Shown here one piece after another: positions 1-9,581 of a DNA stretch of 64,000 nt. A program made the translations under genes and the position numbers. Position 1 is the stretch's first letter. Every line of letters begins with the position of its first letter. The stretch lies in NCBI GenBank assembly GCA_030613505.1, contig JAUWLW010000011.1, positions 945 through 64,944 on the forward strand. The letters are read 5' to 3'. The notes under the pieces were generated by a model that was not told where the DNA came from, ran no database searches, and saw only the letters and a program-made list of their open reading frames with translations. Source of the DNA: Candidatus Zixiibacteriota bacterium (GTDB taxonomy: Bacteria > RBG-13-66-14 > B26-G2 > WVWN01).

Positions 1-2440
1 CCCTTTCTCCCCTTGTGGTTTCGAAACCCAGCGCCCGTAACATACCCGTTATCGCTTTGTTTCCGAGGTAAAACCTATCGATCTTACCGGAGTTAAATCC
101 TTCGGCGATATCCTTAATTAATAATAAATTGCGGTTCACCTTTTCACACGAAGTACGTATCACGCCTATCAATTCCCCTTCTCTACTCCCCGCTTTTATA
201 ATGGACCTGCTCTCCTTTATATCGCTTATCAATGCGAGTAATCGATTCTCGTGATCCGGTTTTACCGCCCGGACAGTTTGAACCAAGGGTTTCGTTATAT
301 CCCCTAGCCGGCCCGGGACCGGCTTCTTAATATCGGGTAACTCCCGATCCAGGTAAGCCGCTCGAAACGCTAAAAGACGTTCTTTCAAAGGCAACGCGGT
401 TTCCGGCGTGACGTCGTTTTCGAAAGTCCTTCGCGAGTCCGGCATATTTATCGTGAGTGCCCTGGTCTCGAGGATCTCGTCAACCGGGCGGTTTGTAGCA
501 ATAATAGTTGGCCCGAAAACTTTATAGTAATCGATATCTTTATGAGGACCTTGCTCGGGACGGTTGACTCTCGGTACCAGAACCCCCTTTTCGAAACGGT
601 GAAGCACGATATCCTCGCAACCGAGCCGCTCAGCTTTCCGCCACAGGTCCCTCACATCGAAAAACAAAGTTGCCCCAAAATATTCGGCGACCCTGATAAT
701 ATATGGGTCGCGGAGCGACTCAACGTGGATCCCCCGGTAACCCACGTATGTCAGTCCTTTACCGGTCCGGGTCTTACCCCTCTCGGGGATCGCAAAAAGA
801 TACAAGACCGGCGAGAAATTAAACTTCTCCGGTAAAAACGAATGGAAATCCCATACCGCAAAGAGGTCATACATTTCCTCGCGCGGTAATTCGGAAATAC
901 TCTTATGGTAAGAAACCAGGTCGTCGTATAATTCTCCAACGAACCTGCCCAGACCGATATCGCTAATTCGATCGTAATGCGTTATAATTGCGCCGCCGTT
1001 AGGTAACATCCAAGGGATTTTATTTTTAGCGGGGGGTATGCTCCTTACCAGGTTTCGTACGACGTCCGCGGTAATTAATAGACCGTCTCCTTCCTTGATG
1101 AGGAACGCGACGTCGCCATTAGACTCGACCAAATCGACGAGCCCGTCGAACCTGGCGGTAACGTCGTCGGTCTTACCGGCCGGGTCCTTTTTGCCTGACC
1201 TCGAGCCCTTCAACTTCCCCTTTCGTTTTTCCTTAATTAATTTCCTATAACTTTCGGTATCTCTACTATCGAAGCTGAACCTCGGCGCTATCACGTTCTT
1301 AAGTATCGCTTCCGACTGAGGTTCGTCCTTTACCGCAAGATCTTGCAAAACGGGTTCGAGATATCGGAGGAGGTTTGTTTTTTTCACTTTGGTAGGTATC
1401 AGGCCGATTTTATACTCCGTAGTACTTACAGAGTTTTCCAATAGTCTTCGGAAATCCTCCGGTGACGTGTCCCTTAAGTAGTCGTTAATATCCAACCCGA
1501 GGGGTAGTTTCACTATCCTCGCCCTTTCGCCGATTTGCTCGGCGATCTTCAGCGCCCCTTTCCTCCCGGCCTCGTCGTTGTCAGTGCAAATATATATTTC
1601 CGAGCATCGAGAGAACTTCGATACAAGGCTCTCTCGAAAACTAGATGCGCTAAATACTCCAACGGCTGGATTACCGGCCTGCTCCGATGCAACAACGTCG
1701 AACTGCCCTTCGGCTACGACTACCTTATCGGCAGCTAGCGCATCCTCGTTGAAAAGGTTGGATATTGGGCCAGGTAAATTTAGGTATTTCGGTTTACCCC
1801 CATCTAAGCTTCGGCCCGAGATACCGACGACGCGACCCTGTTTTAAATTCGGGATAATTATCCTGTTATAGAAAAAATCCCGAGCCGACCCGTTTTCGTG
1901 TTGTTTAAGCACCCCAGCTTCAACACACAAGTCGATCGGGATTTTTAACTCCTGGACAAGATGACGCTTTAACTCGCCGTCCGCGTAACCTAACCGGAAC
2001 TTTTTGATCGTCTCTTCTTCTAGCCCGCGTCCGTTCGTGAGATACTGCATTGCTTCCGGTGAAATGCGCTTCTCGTAAAACCTGACCGTTTCATTCCGGA
2101 CGCTCTCGATAGCCCTTTCTCTCTCGAGTGTCTTCAGATCGGCGGGCGTTATTAGCGGTACAGTAACACCGTACTCTGCGGCGAGCTTTCTTATCGCTTC
2201 CCGAAAACTTACTCCGTCGATACGCTCAACAAATTTGATAACGTCACCGCCGGCGCCGCAGCCGAAGCAATGGAAATATTGCCCTTGGCGGTTAACCGAA
2301 AAGCTCGGCTTTGTGTCGTCGTGAAACGGGCAAATGCCTTTCAAATTCTGATCGAGTTCTACGTGTTTACGTACGACCTCTACGATATCGACGCGCGACT
2401 TAAACCCGTCGACCTCTCGTCTAAATTTCTCGGATTCCAT
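1..2440 (-). CDS. DNA primase, CHC2 zinc-finger + Toprim (DnaG-like N-terminus) with a long C-terminal domain; phage/satellite type; its 3' end runs off the window start
   Basis: Manual reverse translation from the ATG at 2440 (SD GAGAGGT upstream) gives MESEKFRREVDGFKSRVDIVEVVRKHVELDQNLKGICPFHDDTKPSFSVNRQGQYFHCFGCGAGGDVIKF (CHC2 Zn finger), then ...VVVAEGQFDV...EIYICTDNDEAGRKGA (Toprim E / DxD). No stop before position 1. Absent from the ORF track presumably because it is edge-truncated. The region is lower in GC. Confidence 0.7.
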   Translation of the reverse strand, partial: MESEKFRREVDGFKSRVDIVEVVRKHVELDQNLKGICPFHDDTKPSFSVNRQGQYFHCFGCGAGGDVIKFVERIDGVSFREAIRKLAAEYGVTVPLITPADLKTLERERAIESVRNETVRFYEKRISPEAMQYLTNGRGLEEETIKKFRLGYADGELKRHLVQELKIPIDLCVEAGVLKQHENGSARDFFYNRIIIPNLKQGRVVGISGRSLDGGKPKYLNLPGPISNLFNEDALAADKVVVAEGQFDVVASEQAGNPAVGVFSASSFRESLVSKFSRCSEIYICTDNDEAGRKGALKIAEQIGERARIVKLPLGLDINDYLRDTSPEDFRRLLENSVSTTEYKIGLIPTKVKKTNLLRYLEPVLQDLAVKDEPQSEAILKNVIAPRFSFDSRDTESYRKLIKEKRKGKLKGSRSGKKDPAGKTDDVTARFDGLVDLVESNGDVAFLIKEGDGLLITADVVRNLVRSIPPAKNKIPWMLPNGGAIITHYDRISDIGLGRFVGELYDDLVSYHKSISELPREEMYDLFAVWDFHSFLPEKFNFSPVLYLFAIPERGKTRTGKGLTYVGYRGIHVESLRDPYIIRVAEYFGATLFFDVRDLWRKAERLGCEDIVLHRFEKGVLVPRVNRPEQGPHKDIDYYKVFGPTIIATNRPVDEILETRALTINMPDSRRTFENDVTPETALPLKERLLAFRAAYLDRELPDIKKPVPGRLGDITKPLVQTVRAVKPDHENRLLALISDIKESRSIIKAGSREGELIGVIRTSCEKVNRNLLLIKDIAEGFNSGKIDRFYLGNKAITGMLRALGFETTRGER

Positions 2441-2577
2441 TTTTCTTACCTCTCGCTATTGTGTAACCGCTTTTCGTACGATTCATCTTCCGCACTTCGG
2501 CTAAGTACTGGTTAAACGTTAGGATCACAACGCAGCTACGAGTAGGACCTTAGCCCAGTTAAGACCCGGCCGGCCAC

Positions 2578-2874
2578 TTACTCCAAAACTTTTTTCTTCC
2601 GCGGCCGGCCCCGTTTTCGCGGCAATTGTACGCCCCGCTCGATGGCCTTCTCGACATCACCTCGGCGGACGCGCCAACCGCCGCCCAGCCGAACCGCGCG
2701 AAGCCCGAACTTCCCAGTAGCCGCGAATAATTGGCACCATCGTGTTATCGTGCTAGGGTCGCGGACCAGGATACGCGCGACCTGAGCCACGGTATATAGC
2801 CTCTCGAAACTATTTTCGATCCGACCGTCTATCGCAGTCGATTTTTTATCGCCGGCCGCGTTTTCCTTAATCAT
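2578..2874 (-). CDS. AlpA/excisionase-like HTH DNA-binding protein
   Basis: 98 aa with YTVAQVARILVRDPSTITRWCQ...GGGWRVRRGDVEKAI, a MerR/AlpA-type HTH, plus a basic C-terminus. Divergent from the repressor and integrase genes. Confidence 0.5.
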   Translation of the reverse strand: MIKENAAGDKKSTAIDGRIENSFERLYTVAQVARILVRDPSTITRWCQLFAATGKFGLRAVRLGGGWRVRRGDVEKAIERGVQLPRKRGRPRKKKVLE

Positions 2875-3091
2875 TTATACCTCCTAGACTTACGTTTGCC
2901 TTTGACCCTTTCAGCTCGAGTTTTTCCTGGAATACCCTTTTTACTTGCAATCGCCTGAGAAATATGCTAAAAACTATTTATGCGCGATTTTAACACAAGA
3001 GGCCCCGAATGTCAATCTTTAATATGGCAAAGGCGTGACCCTGAAACCCTAAAACCCGTAAACCATTAAATACGCCTAAAGTGAGAACGAT

Positions 3092-3670
3092 ATGGAACTG
3101 CACGAATTACTAAAGGCGAAGATGGAAGAAAAAGGTGTATCAGTGCCGGAACTCGCTGAAAAAACCGGGGTCGCGCCACAAGCAATTTACAATATCATTA
3201 AAGGGAAAACGCGGAGGCCGCGGTTGAATACGTTGAGGAAGATCGCCGCCTTTTTCGGCATCCCGGTATCCGTCTTCCTAGTCGCAGGACGGGGCGGTGG
3301 TACACCGGAAAATGCTGCGGAATCCGTGGAGAGCGATCTCGAAACCATTTGGAGAAAACTCGAGGGGATAAAAGTATTGGAGGACCGGTTGGGAAAGTTA
3401 GAGGCGCTCCTCGACCGAGTGCTCAACCTGCAAGACCGAGGCGTAGACTACTGCTTGGAGTTACCAGGGGTCGAATACGACGGGCTCGCGATGGCGTTGC
3501 CGGAGGAGTGCCCTGAAACGGTCGACGCCGAAACAAGGAAAGTGCTGTCGGAAAAATTTATACGGGAAGGGATAGCCATCGTCAAGCTGAACGGTTTGGA
3601 CGAAAATCTCCTTAACGCGGTATTCCAGTTGTTGTGGCTAATCAACGAGGCGGAAAAAGGCGACGATTAG
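3092..3670 (+). CDS. XRE-family HTH transcriptional regulator (phage CI-like repressor)
   Basis: N-terminal LKAKMEEKGVSVPELAEKTGVAPQAIYNIIKGKTRRPRLNTLRKIAAFFGIPVSVF is an HTH_XRE signature. It sits immediately upstream of the integrase. Confidence 0.6.
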   Translation: MELHELLKAKMEEKGVSVPELAEKTGVAPQAIYNIIKGKTRRPRLNTLRKIAAFFGIPVSVFLVAGRGGGTPENAAESVESDLETIWRKLEGIKVLEDRLGKLEALLDRVLNLQDRGVDYCLELPGVEYDGLAMALPEECPETVDAETRKVLSEKFIREGIAIVKLNGLDENLLNAVFQLLWLINEAEKGDD

Positions 3671-3682
3671 GGTGTTGTCGAG

Positions 3683-4690
3683 ATGGCCCGGATATTTAAA
3701 ATAGGGAAAACTTACTACGTAGATATCGTCGTAAACGGCCGGCGTATACGGCGGTCGCTCGGGGTAAAAAATAAAGCCGCGGCCGAAGCCGCGCGCGGTC
3801 GCCTCGAACTAACGGTCGCTCAAGGTAAGTCCCCTTTCATCGACGGCGACATCCGGATGGAAGATCTTATCGACGTGTATCTCGCCTATTGCGAAGCGAG
3901 GAACACGACGAAGACGGTGTCTTTGAAACGGACCTACCTCGGCAGGTTCTTGGAATTCGCCGGTAACGTAGGAGTGAGGAGTATCAAACGCGCCGACGTC
4001 GAAAACTACCTTAGCCGCCGGGCTAAAAGCGGAGAGTATCCAGCCGTGAACCGCGAACTCACGACGTTGAAGCATTTCTTCAACTTCGGGATCCAGCGGG
4101 AAATCATCGAGAAGAACCCGGCCGTCGGCGTCAAGAAGCTCCCGGAGAAACGCCGGCCTATAAGGTTACTCTCTGAGCGAGAACTCGATGCTTACTTCGA
4201 CTACTGTCGTAAGAACGACCAGTTGCTGTATGACTTGTCGGTAATCGCATTTCATACTGGACTTAGGCGCGGAGATATATTAAAAATAAAGGGGGAAGAT
4301 GTAGACGCCGAACGGCGTATGCTTACGGTAGTCGTGTCGAAACGGCGCGGCGAGCTAACGTTGACGTTACCGTTGAACGACACGGTTCACGAGGTACTGG
4401 CCCGGCGTAGTAATGACAATGGAAACGATTACCTATTCCCTGGCCGAAACGTTGACCACATCGTCGACTTCAAACGCCGATTTGAACGGGCTAAAAAAGC
4501 GATAGGGGTCGACTTCAAATTCATGGAGTTCAGGCACAATTGCGCTACGGCGCTACTACAATCCGGCGTAGATATATACACGGTGAAAGAGATTTTAGGA
4601 CACACGAGCCTAACGACGACGGAGCGGTACCTTAAGCTCGTAGATGAGAGGAAACGCGCGGCTCTCAATAAACTTGACCGCAAAAGTTAG
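3683..4690 (+). CDS. tyrosine-type site-specific integrase
   Basis: 335 aa with HTGLRRGDIL..., FRHNCAT, LGHTSLTTTERYLKL (R-H-R-Y catalytic tetrad pattern). Adjacent to a tRNA. Confidence 0.85.
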   Translation: MARIFKIGKTYYVDIVVNGRRIRRSLGVKNKAAAEAARGRLELTVAQGKSPFIDGDIRMEDLIDVYLAYCEARNTTKTVSLKRTYLGRFLEFAGNVGVRSIKRADVENYLSRRAKSGEYPAVNRELTTLKHFFNFGIQREIIEKNPAVGVKKLPEKRRPIRLLSERELDAYFDYCRKNDQLLYDLSVIAFHTGLRRGDILKIKGEDVDAERRMLTVVVSKRRGELTLTLPLNDTVHEVLARRSNDNGNDYLFPGRNVDHIVDFKRRFERAKKAIGVDFKFMEFRHNCATALLQSGVDIYTVKEILGHTSLTTTERYLKLVDERKRAALNKLDRKS

Positions 4691-4807
4691 GTTTGCCTTA
4701 TTTTTGCCATAATTCTATTTCGGTATACCCGTCACGCAAACTATGCAAAATATGCACAATCTTACAAATACTTGTAATATCAGGAAGTTAAACAACAGCA
4801 AGATTTC

Positions 4808-4881
4808 GGGGGCGTAGCGCAGGTCGGCAGCGCGTCTGCTTTGGGAGCAGAAGGTCGGAGGTTCAAATCCTCTCGCCCCCA
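4808..4881 (+). tRNA. tRNA-Pro (anticodon UGG)
   Basis: Hand-folded cloverleaf. Acceptor GGGGGCG/CGCCCCC, D stem GCGC/GCGC, anticodon stem TCTGC/GCAGA with loop TTTGGGA (UGG), T stem GGAGG/CCTCT, T loop TTCAAAT, discriminator A. No encoded CCA. Confidence 0.8.
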
Positions 4882-4888
4882 CATAAAA

Positions 4889-4912
4889 AGCCGCCCGGAC
4901 GGGCGGCTTCGT
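4889..4912. terminator. bidirectional hairpin terminator between tRNA-Pro and the convergent gene 4927..5562
   Basis: GCCGCCCGGACGGGCGGC stem-loop. A T-run follows on the minus sense (UUUUUAUGU) and a partial T-run on the plus sense. Confidence 0.5.
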
Positions 4913-4926
4913 CGTTTATCCCTTCG

Positions 4927-5562
4927 CTATTCTATCGCGAGCGACACCCCCACCGCAGCCGTGCCTCCCGCGGTGCCGTAGCCGCCGGCGAGGCGTACGT
5001 CGACGTTGCGCCAGACGCTGTAGCCGAGGGTACCGACGGCGGCTACCTCTCTATCCGGGAAGGCGACGGCGACGCCCGGGCCCAGGTGCAGCCGCCACGC
5101 CCGTACGACGTCCACGCCCGCGACGACGGCCGGGCCGTCAATACTCAGGCCGGCGCCGACGAAGGGTCTTAGCTCGAGCGCTACGGCCGGTTCGGGCTTG
5201 TGGTAGACGGTAACGCTGTGTGGCTGGCCTTCGGGAACCGCCACCTCGCCGCCGGGCAGGATGCCGAGCTCGACTTCCTCGCCGCCCTCGGTCTCAATCC
5301 TCACGACGCGCGAGCCCGCCGGCCAATCCTTCATGACGACGTCGGCCTCGCCAGGCCGGTGCAGCGGGTTGAGCCGCTGGAGCGCCGACGACGTTCGTTC
5401 CTCGTCGGCGACGCGCCAGCCGGGCGGCGGTTGGTCCGCAGCTCGAGCGGGCGCTCGAGCCGGCCCCTCCCCCCTCACGAACAACCACCTCACCGCCAGC
5501 GCGCCGATCACGACTACGACGGCAATTAACAGCGGGATGGTAAGCCGTTTTAACATCTTCAC
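4927..5562 (-). CDS. membrane-anchored hypothetical protein (N-terminal TM helix)
   Basis: MKMLKRLTIPLLIAVVVVIGALAV... is an N-terminal TM. Its start overlaps the amidase stop by 4 nt (operonic). Confidence 0.5.
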   Translation of the reverse strand: MKMLKRLTIPLLIAVVVVIGALAVRWLFVRGEGPARAPARAADQPPPGWRVADEERTSSALQRLNPLHRPGEADVVMKDWPAGSRVVRIETEGGEEVELGILPGGEVAVPEGQPHSVTVYHKPEPAVALELRPFVGAGLSIDGPAVVAGVDVVRAWRLHLGPGVAVAFPDREVAAVGTLGYSVWRNVDVRLAGGYGTAGGTAAVGVSLAIE

Positions 5563-6233
5563 GGGTAAGGCACCCCCTCGTCAGGTATAAGCGTCGGGTC
5601 GCCCCGCCAGATGACGTAGGTGGCGAACGCCGGCGGACTCGCCATGGCCTCCAGCGCGCGGAGGCGGTCCCAGTCGAAGAGAAGGCCCGGGTCCGTCTTG
5701 GAGTAGTGAAGGTTGCCGTGCGCCAGTAGGCCGCGGAAGCCGTCGAGCTCGTCGAGGCCGTACGCGTCGCCGCCGTGCTCGCGGCTGACGCGCGGGTCGC
5801 AGCCGAGCCAAGGGTCGGGCAGCGTTTGCAGGGGGACGTCGAAGCGCGCGAGGAGCAGCGGCAGGAGGAAGGCCAGCGCGCGGTACTGCGCCTCGGCGAA
5901 TTTGCGGGGCGGGCCGAGGTTGGAGATCTCAATGCCGACGGAGCGCTCGTTGGGCCGGAACGCGCGCCAGCGCCGCCACCGCCAGGTGTACGGCCTGCTC
6001 CACGTGATGCCGGCGTGAAAGGCGACGTTCTCCAGGCGGACGAGTTGATAGACGTCGCCTTCGGGGCATATGTAGAAGTGCGCCGACGGACAGGCGGGCC
6101 GGGGCGAGCGCGCGAGCCAATTCAGGTCGCCCGGGTGCGAGCCGGCGGTGTAATGCAGTACGACCCAATCTACGTTAAATTCGGCCGGCCGCGCGGCGAA
6201 CCCCCGCGCCGGCCGCCAATAGAGGCGCGGCAT
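5559..6233 (-). CDS. N-acetylmuramoyl-L-alanine amidase (amidase_2/PGRP fold; endolysin-like)
   Basis: VVLHYTAG, HFYI, AFHAG, SVGIEISN and HYSKTDPG motifs. Confidence 0.8.
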   Translation of the reverse strand: MPRLYWRPARGFAARPAEFNVDWVVLHYTAGSHPGDLNWLARSPRPACPSAHFYICPEGDVYQLVRLENVAFHAGITWSRPYTWRWRRWRAFRPNERSVGIEISNLGPPRKFAEAQYRALAFLLPLLLARFDVPLQTLPDPWLGCDPRVSREHGGDAYGLDELDGFRGLLAHGNLHYSKTDPGLLFDWDRLRALEAMASPPAFATYVIWRGDPTLIPDEGVPYP

Positions 6234-6254
6234 GGTACTCCCCCCAATACCTCG

Positions 6255-6503
6255 TTACCGGCCCGAGCGGGCCCGGGTCGGCTCGAGTATTTTTTTACGG
6301 ATTACGTTGACTTTGGGGATATGGCTCACGTGGCGCCACTCGCCGGCGCGCACGTCGTAGTCGGAGGCGACGGTTATGGTCTCGTCGTCCTCGCGGGCGA
6401 GCAGGCCGGCGGAGACGAGAACGACGCGAGGCTCGAAGTCGTCCTCGCCCAGGGGCCCCTCCTGATAGGAGGCGTCGAGCCACTCGACGTAGGCGAGTTT
6501 CAT
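6255..6503 (-). CDS. hypothetical small protein
   Basis: The ORF-track ORF 6255..6608 is trimmed to the internal ATG (MKLAYVEWL...) to avoid overlap with 6547..6837. The start is uncertain. Confidence 0.3.
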   Translation of the reverse strand: MKLAYVEWLDASYQEGPLGEDDFEPRVVLVSAGLLAREDDETITVASDYDVRAGEWRHVSHIPKVNVIRKKILEPTRARSGR

Positions 6504-6546
6504 CTTTCTATAATCGGAACGGATTGATAGGTAGACTAGCGAGGTA

Positions 6547-6837
6547 TTAAACGGAGGTTTTACCGGTCCACTTCCAACCGCCGTCGGCCGGCTCCGCGTA
6601 CCCTTCACGCTCGAGTTCCTCCATAATCTTGCGGCATTTGACGGCGCTGATGCCGGTCATCAACTCGAGCAACTCGGCCGTGATAACCCTTTTCCCGTGG
6701 GCGTCCCGGTGTAGGTGCTGCAGCGCCCGCAATACCCTCAACTTCTCCGGGGTACCCGGGGTTGGTAACGATTCGAACCGCAGCGGCGACGGCGGGCAAC
6801 TCGCGACGTCGTCGCCGCCTCTTTTGCGATTTCCCAT
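6547..6837 (-). CDS. hypothetical small protein, possible HTH
   Basis: 96 aa with LRVLRALQHL...ITAELLELMTGISAVKCRKIMEELEREGY, a helix-rich region. Confidence 0.35.
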   Translation of the reverse strand: MGNRKRGGDDVASCPPSPLRFESLPTPGTPEKLRVLRALQHLHRDAHGKRVITAELLELMTGISAVKCRKIMEELEREGYAEPADGGWKWTGKTSV

Positions 6838-6867
6838 CTCAGCCCCCCGTATTTCGTTTCCGCTGGT

Positions 6868-7824
6868 TTACGGATTATTCCTGCGGAAGTATTGGATGCG
6901 ACGGTTTAATATATCCGCGACGTAGACCACGCCGTCGCTCGCGACGGCCAGGCCGCGGGGCCAGTTGAACTCCCCCGCGCCCGCCCCCTTCGAACCCCAC
7001 GACGTTAGAAACGACCCGGCCTCGTCGTACACGCAAATCCGGTTCGTCTCGTCGTCGGCGACGAAGACGTTGCCCTCCGGCCCGACCGCTACGGCCCAGG
7101 GCCATTTCAATTCCCCCGGCCCCGAGGCGGGCGACCCCCACGCGCCCTTGAAGACGCCGGCCGCGTCGAAATATTGTACGCGGGCGTTGCCGACGTCGAC
7201 GACGTAGACCACGCCGTCGCGCGAGACGGCCACGTCGACCGGGCTGTCGAATTCACGCTCGCCCGAGCCGGCCGAGCCCCACGCGCCGAGGTACGAGCCG
7301 TCGACGGAGAAGTATTGAACCCGGTCGTTATTCCTATCGGCCACGTAAACCGTTCCGTTCGGCGCCACGGCTATCCCGTTCGGGACATCGAACTCACCAG
7401 GGCCGTCGCCCTCACTACCCCACGCGCCGAGGTACGAACCGCTCGAGGTGAAGTACTGTACGCGGTTGTTGAAGGAGTCCGCGACGTAAACGTCGCCGTC
7501 GTCCGCTACGGCTACACCCGAGGGCACGTGGAACTCGCCGGGCCCTTCGCCGCTCGTGCCCCACGAGCCGGCCAGGGAACCCGCGGAGGTAAAACACTCG
7601 ATTCGATCGTGCAGACAAACGGTAACGTAGACGTCGCCGTCCGGCGCGGTCGCCACGCCCCACGGCGACAGCGGCTCGCCGTCCACGGCCGAAACTCCTC
7701 CCCACTCGCCGGCGTAAACGTATTCCAACCGCGGCGGCTCGGCCTCGTCCACGGGCGCCGCGGCAACGAGCGTCCACGCCCCGGCACTTGCTAAAAACGC
7801 CATATAACCCAAAGCCTTCTTCAC
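6868..7824 (-). CDS. secreted NHL-repeat beta-propeller protein
   Basis: Signal peptide MKKALGYMAFLASAGAWTLVAAAP. Repeated DGDVYVAD..NRVQYF motifs. Ends ...RRIQYFRRNNP, so it lacks the tag. Confidence 0.8.
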   Translation of the reverse strand: MKKALGYMAFLASAGAWTLVAAAPVDEAEPPRLEYVYAGEWGGVSAVDGEPLSPWGVATAPDGDVYVTVCLHDRIECFTSAGSLAGSWGTSGEGPGEFHVPSGVAVADDGDVYVADSFNNRVQYFTSSGSYLGAWGSEGDGPGEFDVPNGIAVAPNGTVYVADRNNDRVQYFSVDGSYLGAWGSAGSGEREFDSPVDVAVSRDGVVYVVDVGNARVQYFDAAGVFKGAWGSPASGPGELKWPWAVAVGPEGNVFVADDETNRICVYDEAGSFLTSWGSKGAGAGEFNWPRGLAVASDGVVYVADILNRRIQYFRRNNP

Positions 7825-8080
7825 AGCCCGCCTCCTCCGCGTGTAAACGTTGACCTGTGTCTACAGTAACGTTACCAGTATAGCAGATTCGGCACGCGGC
7901 GCAAAACGCCCGACGTTTACCGCCGACGGTACCGGCGGTACGGCCCGGCGCGAGGCGTCGCGCCGCTCCCAAGTAGTTAAACATAGCGCGCCGCGGAATC
8001 AACGGCTTAGGCGTGTTCATACGCGATTAAAAGGGTTCAACCGGGGGGATTATAAGGAGGGTTTGCGCTTCCGGCGCCGC

Positions 8081-8108
8081 AAACAAAAACCGGGGGCTTC
8101 AACCCCCA
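8081..8108 (-). terminator. rho-independent terminator downstream of 8185..9228
   Basis: Minus sense has GGGGGUUGAAGCCCCC followed by UUUUUGUUUG. Confidence 0.5.
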
Positions 8109-8184
8109 GATAGGGTGAGGAAAGGGGCCTGGACTACCCCTCGGGTGGCGCGAGGCCGGCCCCGCTAAATCCCCGCGGCGCCTC

Positions 8185-9228
8185 TCACTCGACGTAAAGC
8201 AGTTCGTATTCCCATCTCTGTTTTTTCAGGTCGCCCCGGGCCGGATCCGTCGGCAACGGGAACGGCTCGCCGTACGTGGTGTCGAGGTACTTCGTCACGA
8301 TGCGGATGCCGTTCTCCTCCACGTCGAGTTCGGGGATGTAGACGATCACCTCGCGGTACCGACATAAAAAGAACCCGGCCGTAGTCTCTTCCACTTTAAT
8401 GTTACGATAATCGTCCGGGTCGTCGGGTTCGCGGAAGTAGTAGTCGATGCCGTAGCCCGAGCCGCACTTCACTACGCCGAGGCCATAAGTCAACGGCCCC
8501 TCTCCCGGCACCGCCGGCGTGTCAGGCGCCTCCCCCGGGTTCCAATGCCTGTCCGGCGGCTCGAATCCCGAGTCCGTCAATTCCCCCGTCGCCACGTCGT
8601 AGTAGCCGAATACCGCAGTCCGCCCTTCGGGCCGCCACTCGTCGTAGTCGACGTAGAACTTGTTTTCCCCCGCTACGCCGCAAAACCCAACGTTCCCCTC
8701 GACCTCCGCCATTTCCTCGATTCCCGTTCCCGGCGCGTAACGATAAAGGGTCGTCCGCGGCTGTGGCTCGGCCTCCTCCGAAGCCCGCTCGGAGGAAGAC
8801 CGGTTGAAGTAGAACACGCCCTCCTCGGGTACGGGCAAAACGTACGTGTAGTCGTGCCTCCGGTAACGGTCCTCGAAGATGGTTTCGCTTTCCCCACCCT
8901 CACCTAACGCCACCTTGTAGAAACGGGTTATCTCTCCGGTCCCATTGTACGTAAAACCCGCAACGAGTAAGTATTCCCATGCAGGGTCTGGCACGGCGTC
9001 CGATATAACGAAACCCGGTTCGAACGTCGCCACCGCCTCAAGGGTACGGCTAGTCAAATCGCCGACGTATAGCGTCGCGTTAGCCAACCCCTCCTCGTCG
9101 TCAAGGGTTCGCAGCAGCAGATAACGCCACCAGTCTTGGGCCGCCGGACCCTGCACCGCCGCTACCGCCGCGGCGACGAGACCCAGCGTAATTAGACCCC
9201 AAAGGCCCCACACGTTTGCAGATCTCAC
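8185..9228 (-). CDS. secreted/anchored hypothetical protein, 'LLYVE' family (paralog of 40141..41211)
   Basis: N-terminal hydrophobic segment. Shares ...LYRY.PG/TG... and the C-terminal ...YELLYVE-COOH with 40141..41211 (...YGLLYVE). Confidence 0.6.
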   Translation of the reverse strand: MRSANVWGLWGLITLGLVAAAVAAVQGPAAQDWWRYLLLRTLDDEEGLANATLYVGDLTSRTLEAVATFEPGFVISDAVPDPAWEYLLVAGFTYNGTGEITRFYKVALGEGGESETIFEDRYRRHDYTYVLPVPEEGVFYFNRSSSERASEEAEPQPRTTLYRYAPGTGIEEMAEVEGNVGFCGVAGENKFYVDYDEWRPEGRTAVFGYYDVATGELTDSGFEPPDRHWNPGEAPDTPAVPGEGPLTYGLGVVKCGSGYGIDYYFREPDDPDDYRNIKVEETTAGFFLCRYREVIVYIPELDVEENGIRIVTKYLDTTYGEPFPLPTDPARGDLKKQRWEYELLYVE

Positions 9229-9373
9229 CTTCGTCCTCCTCTCGTTACAATCGGCCTACGATGATACCCCTCAATACTTCGGAAACGTCGGATTGTATTA
9301 TATCACGTTCGCCGCTAGTCGTCGAGAGGAGGGATAAGAAAAACGCACGGCGCCGTACGAGGTCTTGACGACG

Positions 9374-9580
9374 TTAGCCGCCCCCCGCGTGCCGGCGGTC
9401 CATTATGGCGTTGCCGGCGATGTACGCGGCGGCGAGCGAGCAGGCCGCGGCGAACACCCCCACCGTGTGCTCCCGCAGCCAGGCGAACGGCCCCAAGGCC
9501 GGCAGCACGAACGCCGCGACGATGCCGCCCACTACCCCCAGCGCCGCCAGCATGAACTTCCTCGATTTAAATCCGTTCAT
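9374..9580 (-). CDS. holin-like small membrane protein (2 TM)
   Basis: 68 aa with two hydrophobic helices and a basic C-terminus. Immediately downstream of the XhlA-like gene with a 1-nt overlap. Confidence 0.4.
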   Translation of the reverse strand: MNGFKSRKFMLAALGVVGGIVAAFVLPALGPFAWLREHTVGVFAAACSLAAAYIAGNAIMDRRHAGGG

Positions 9581-9581
9581 C

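Noticed and set aside
2875-3091. Specific operator or promoter calls in the divergent AlpA/repressor intergenic region
   Set aside because: A TTGCAA-17-TAAAAA-like candidate and AT-rich repeats are visible, but there is nothing convincing enough by eye. Left as a general immunity-region note.
7825-8080. Promoter calls in the 360-bp gap upstream of NHL gene 6868..7824
   Set aside because: Several partial -35/-10 matches (TTGACC, TATAAT) occur, but with wrong spacing or orientation. Not reported as a feature.
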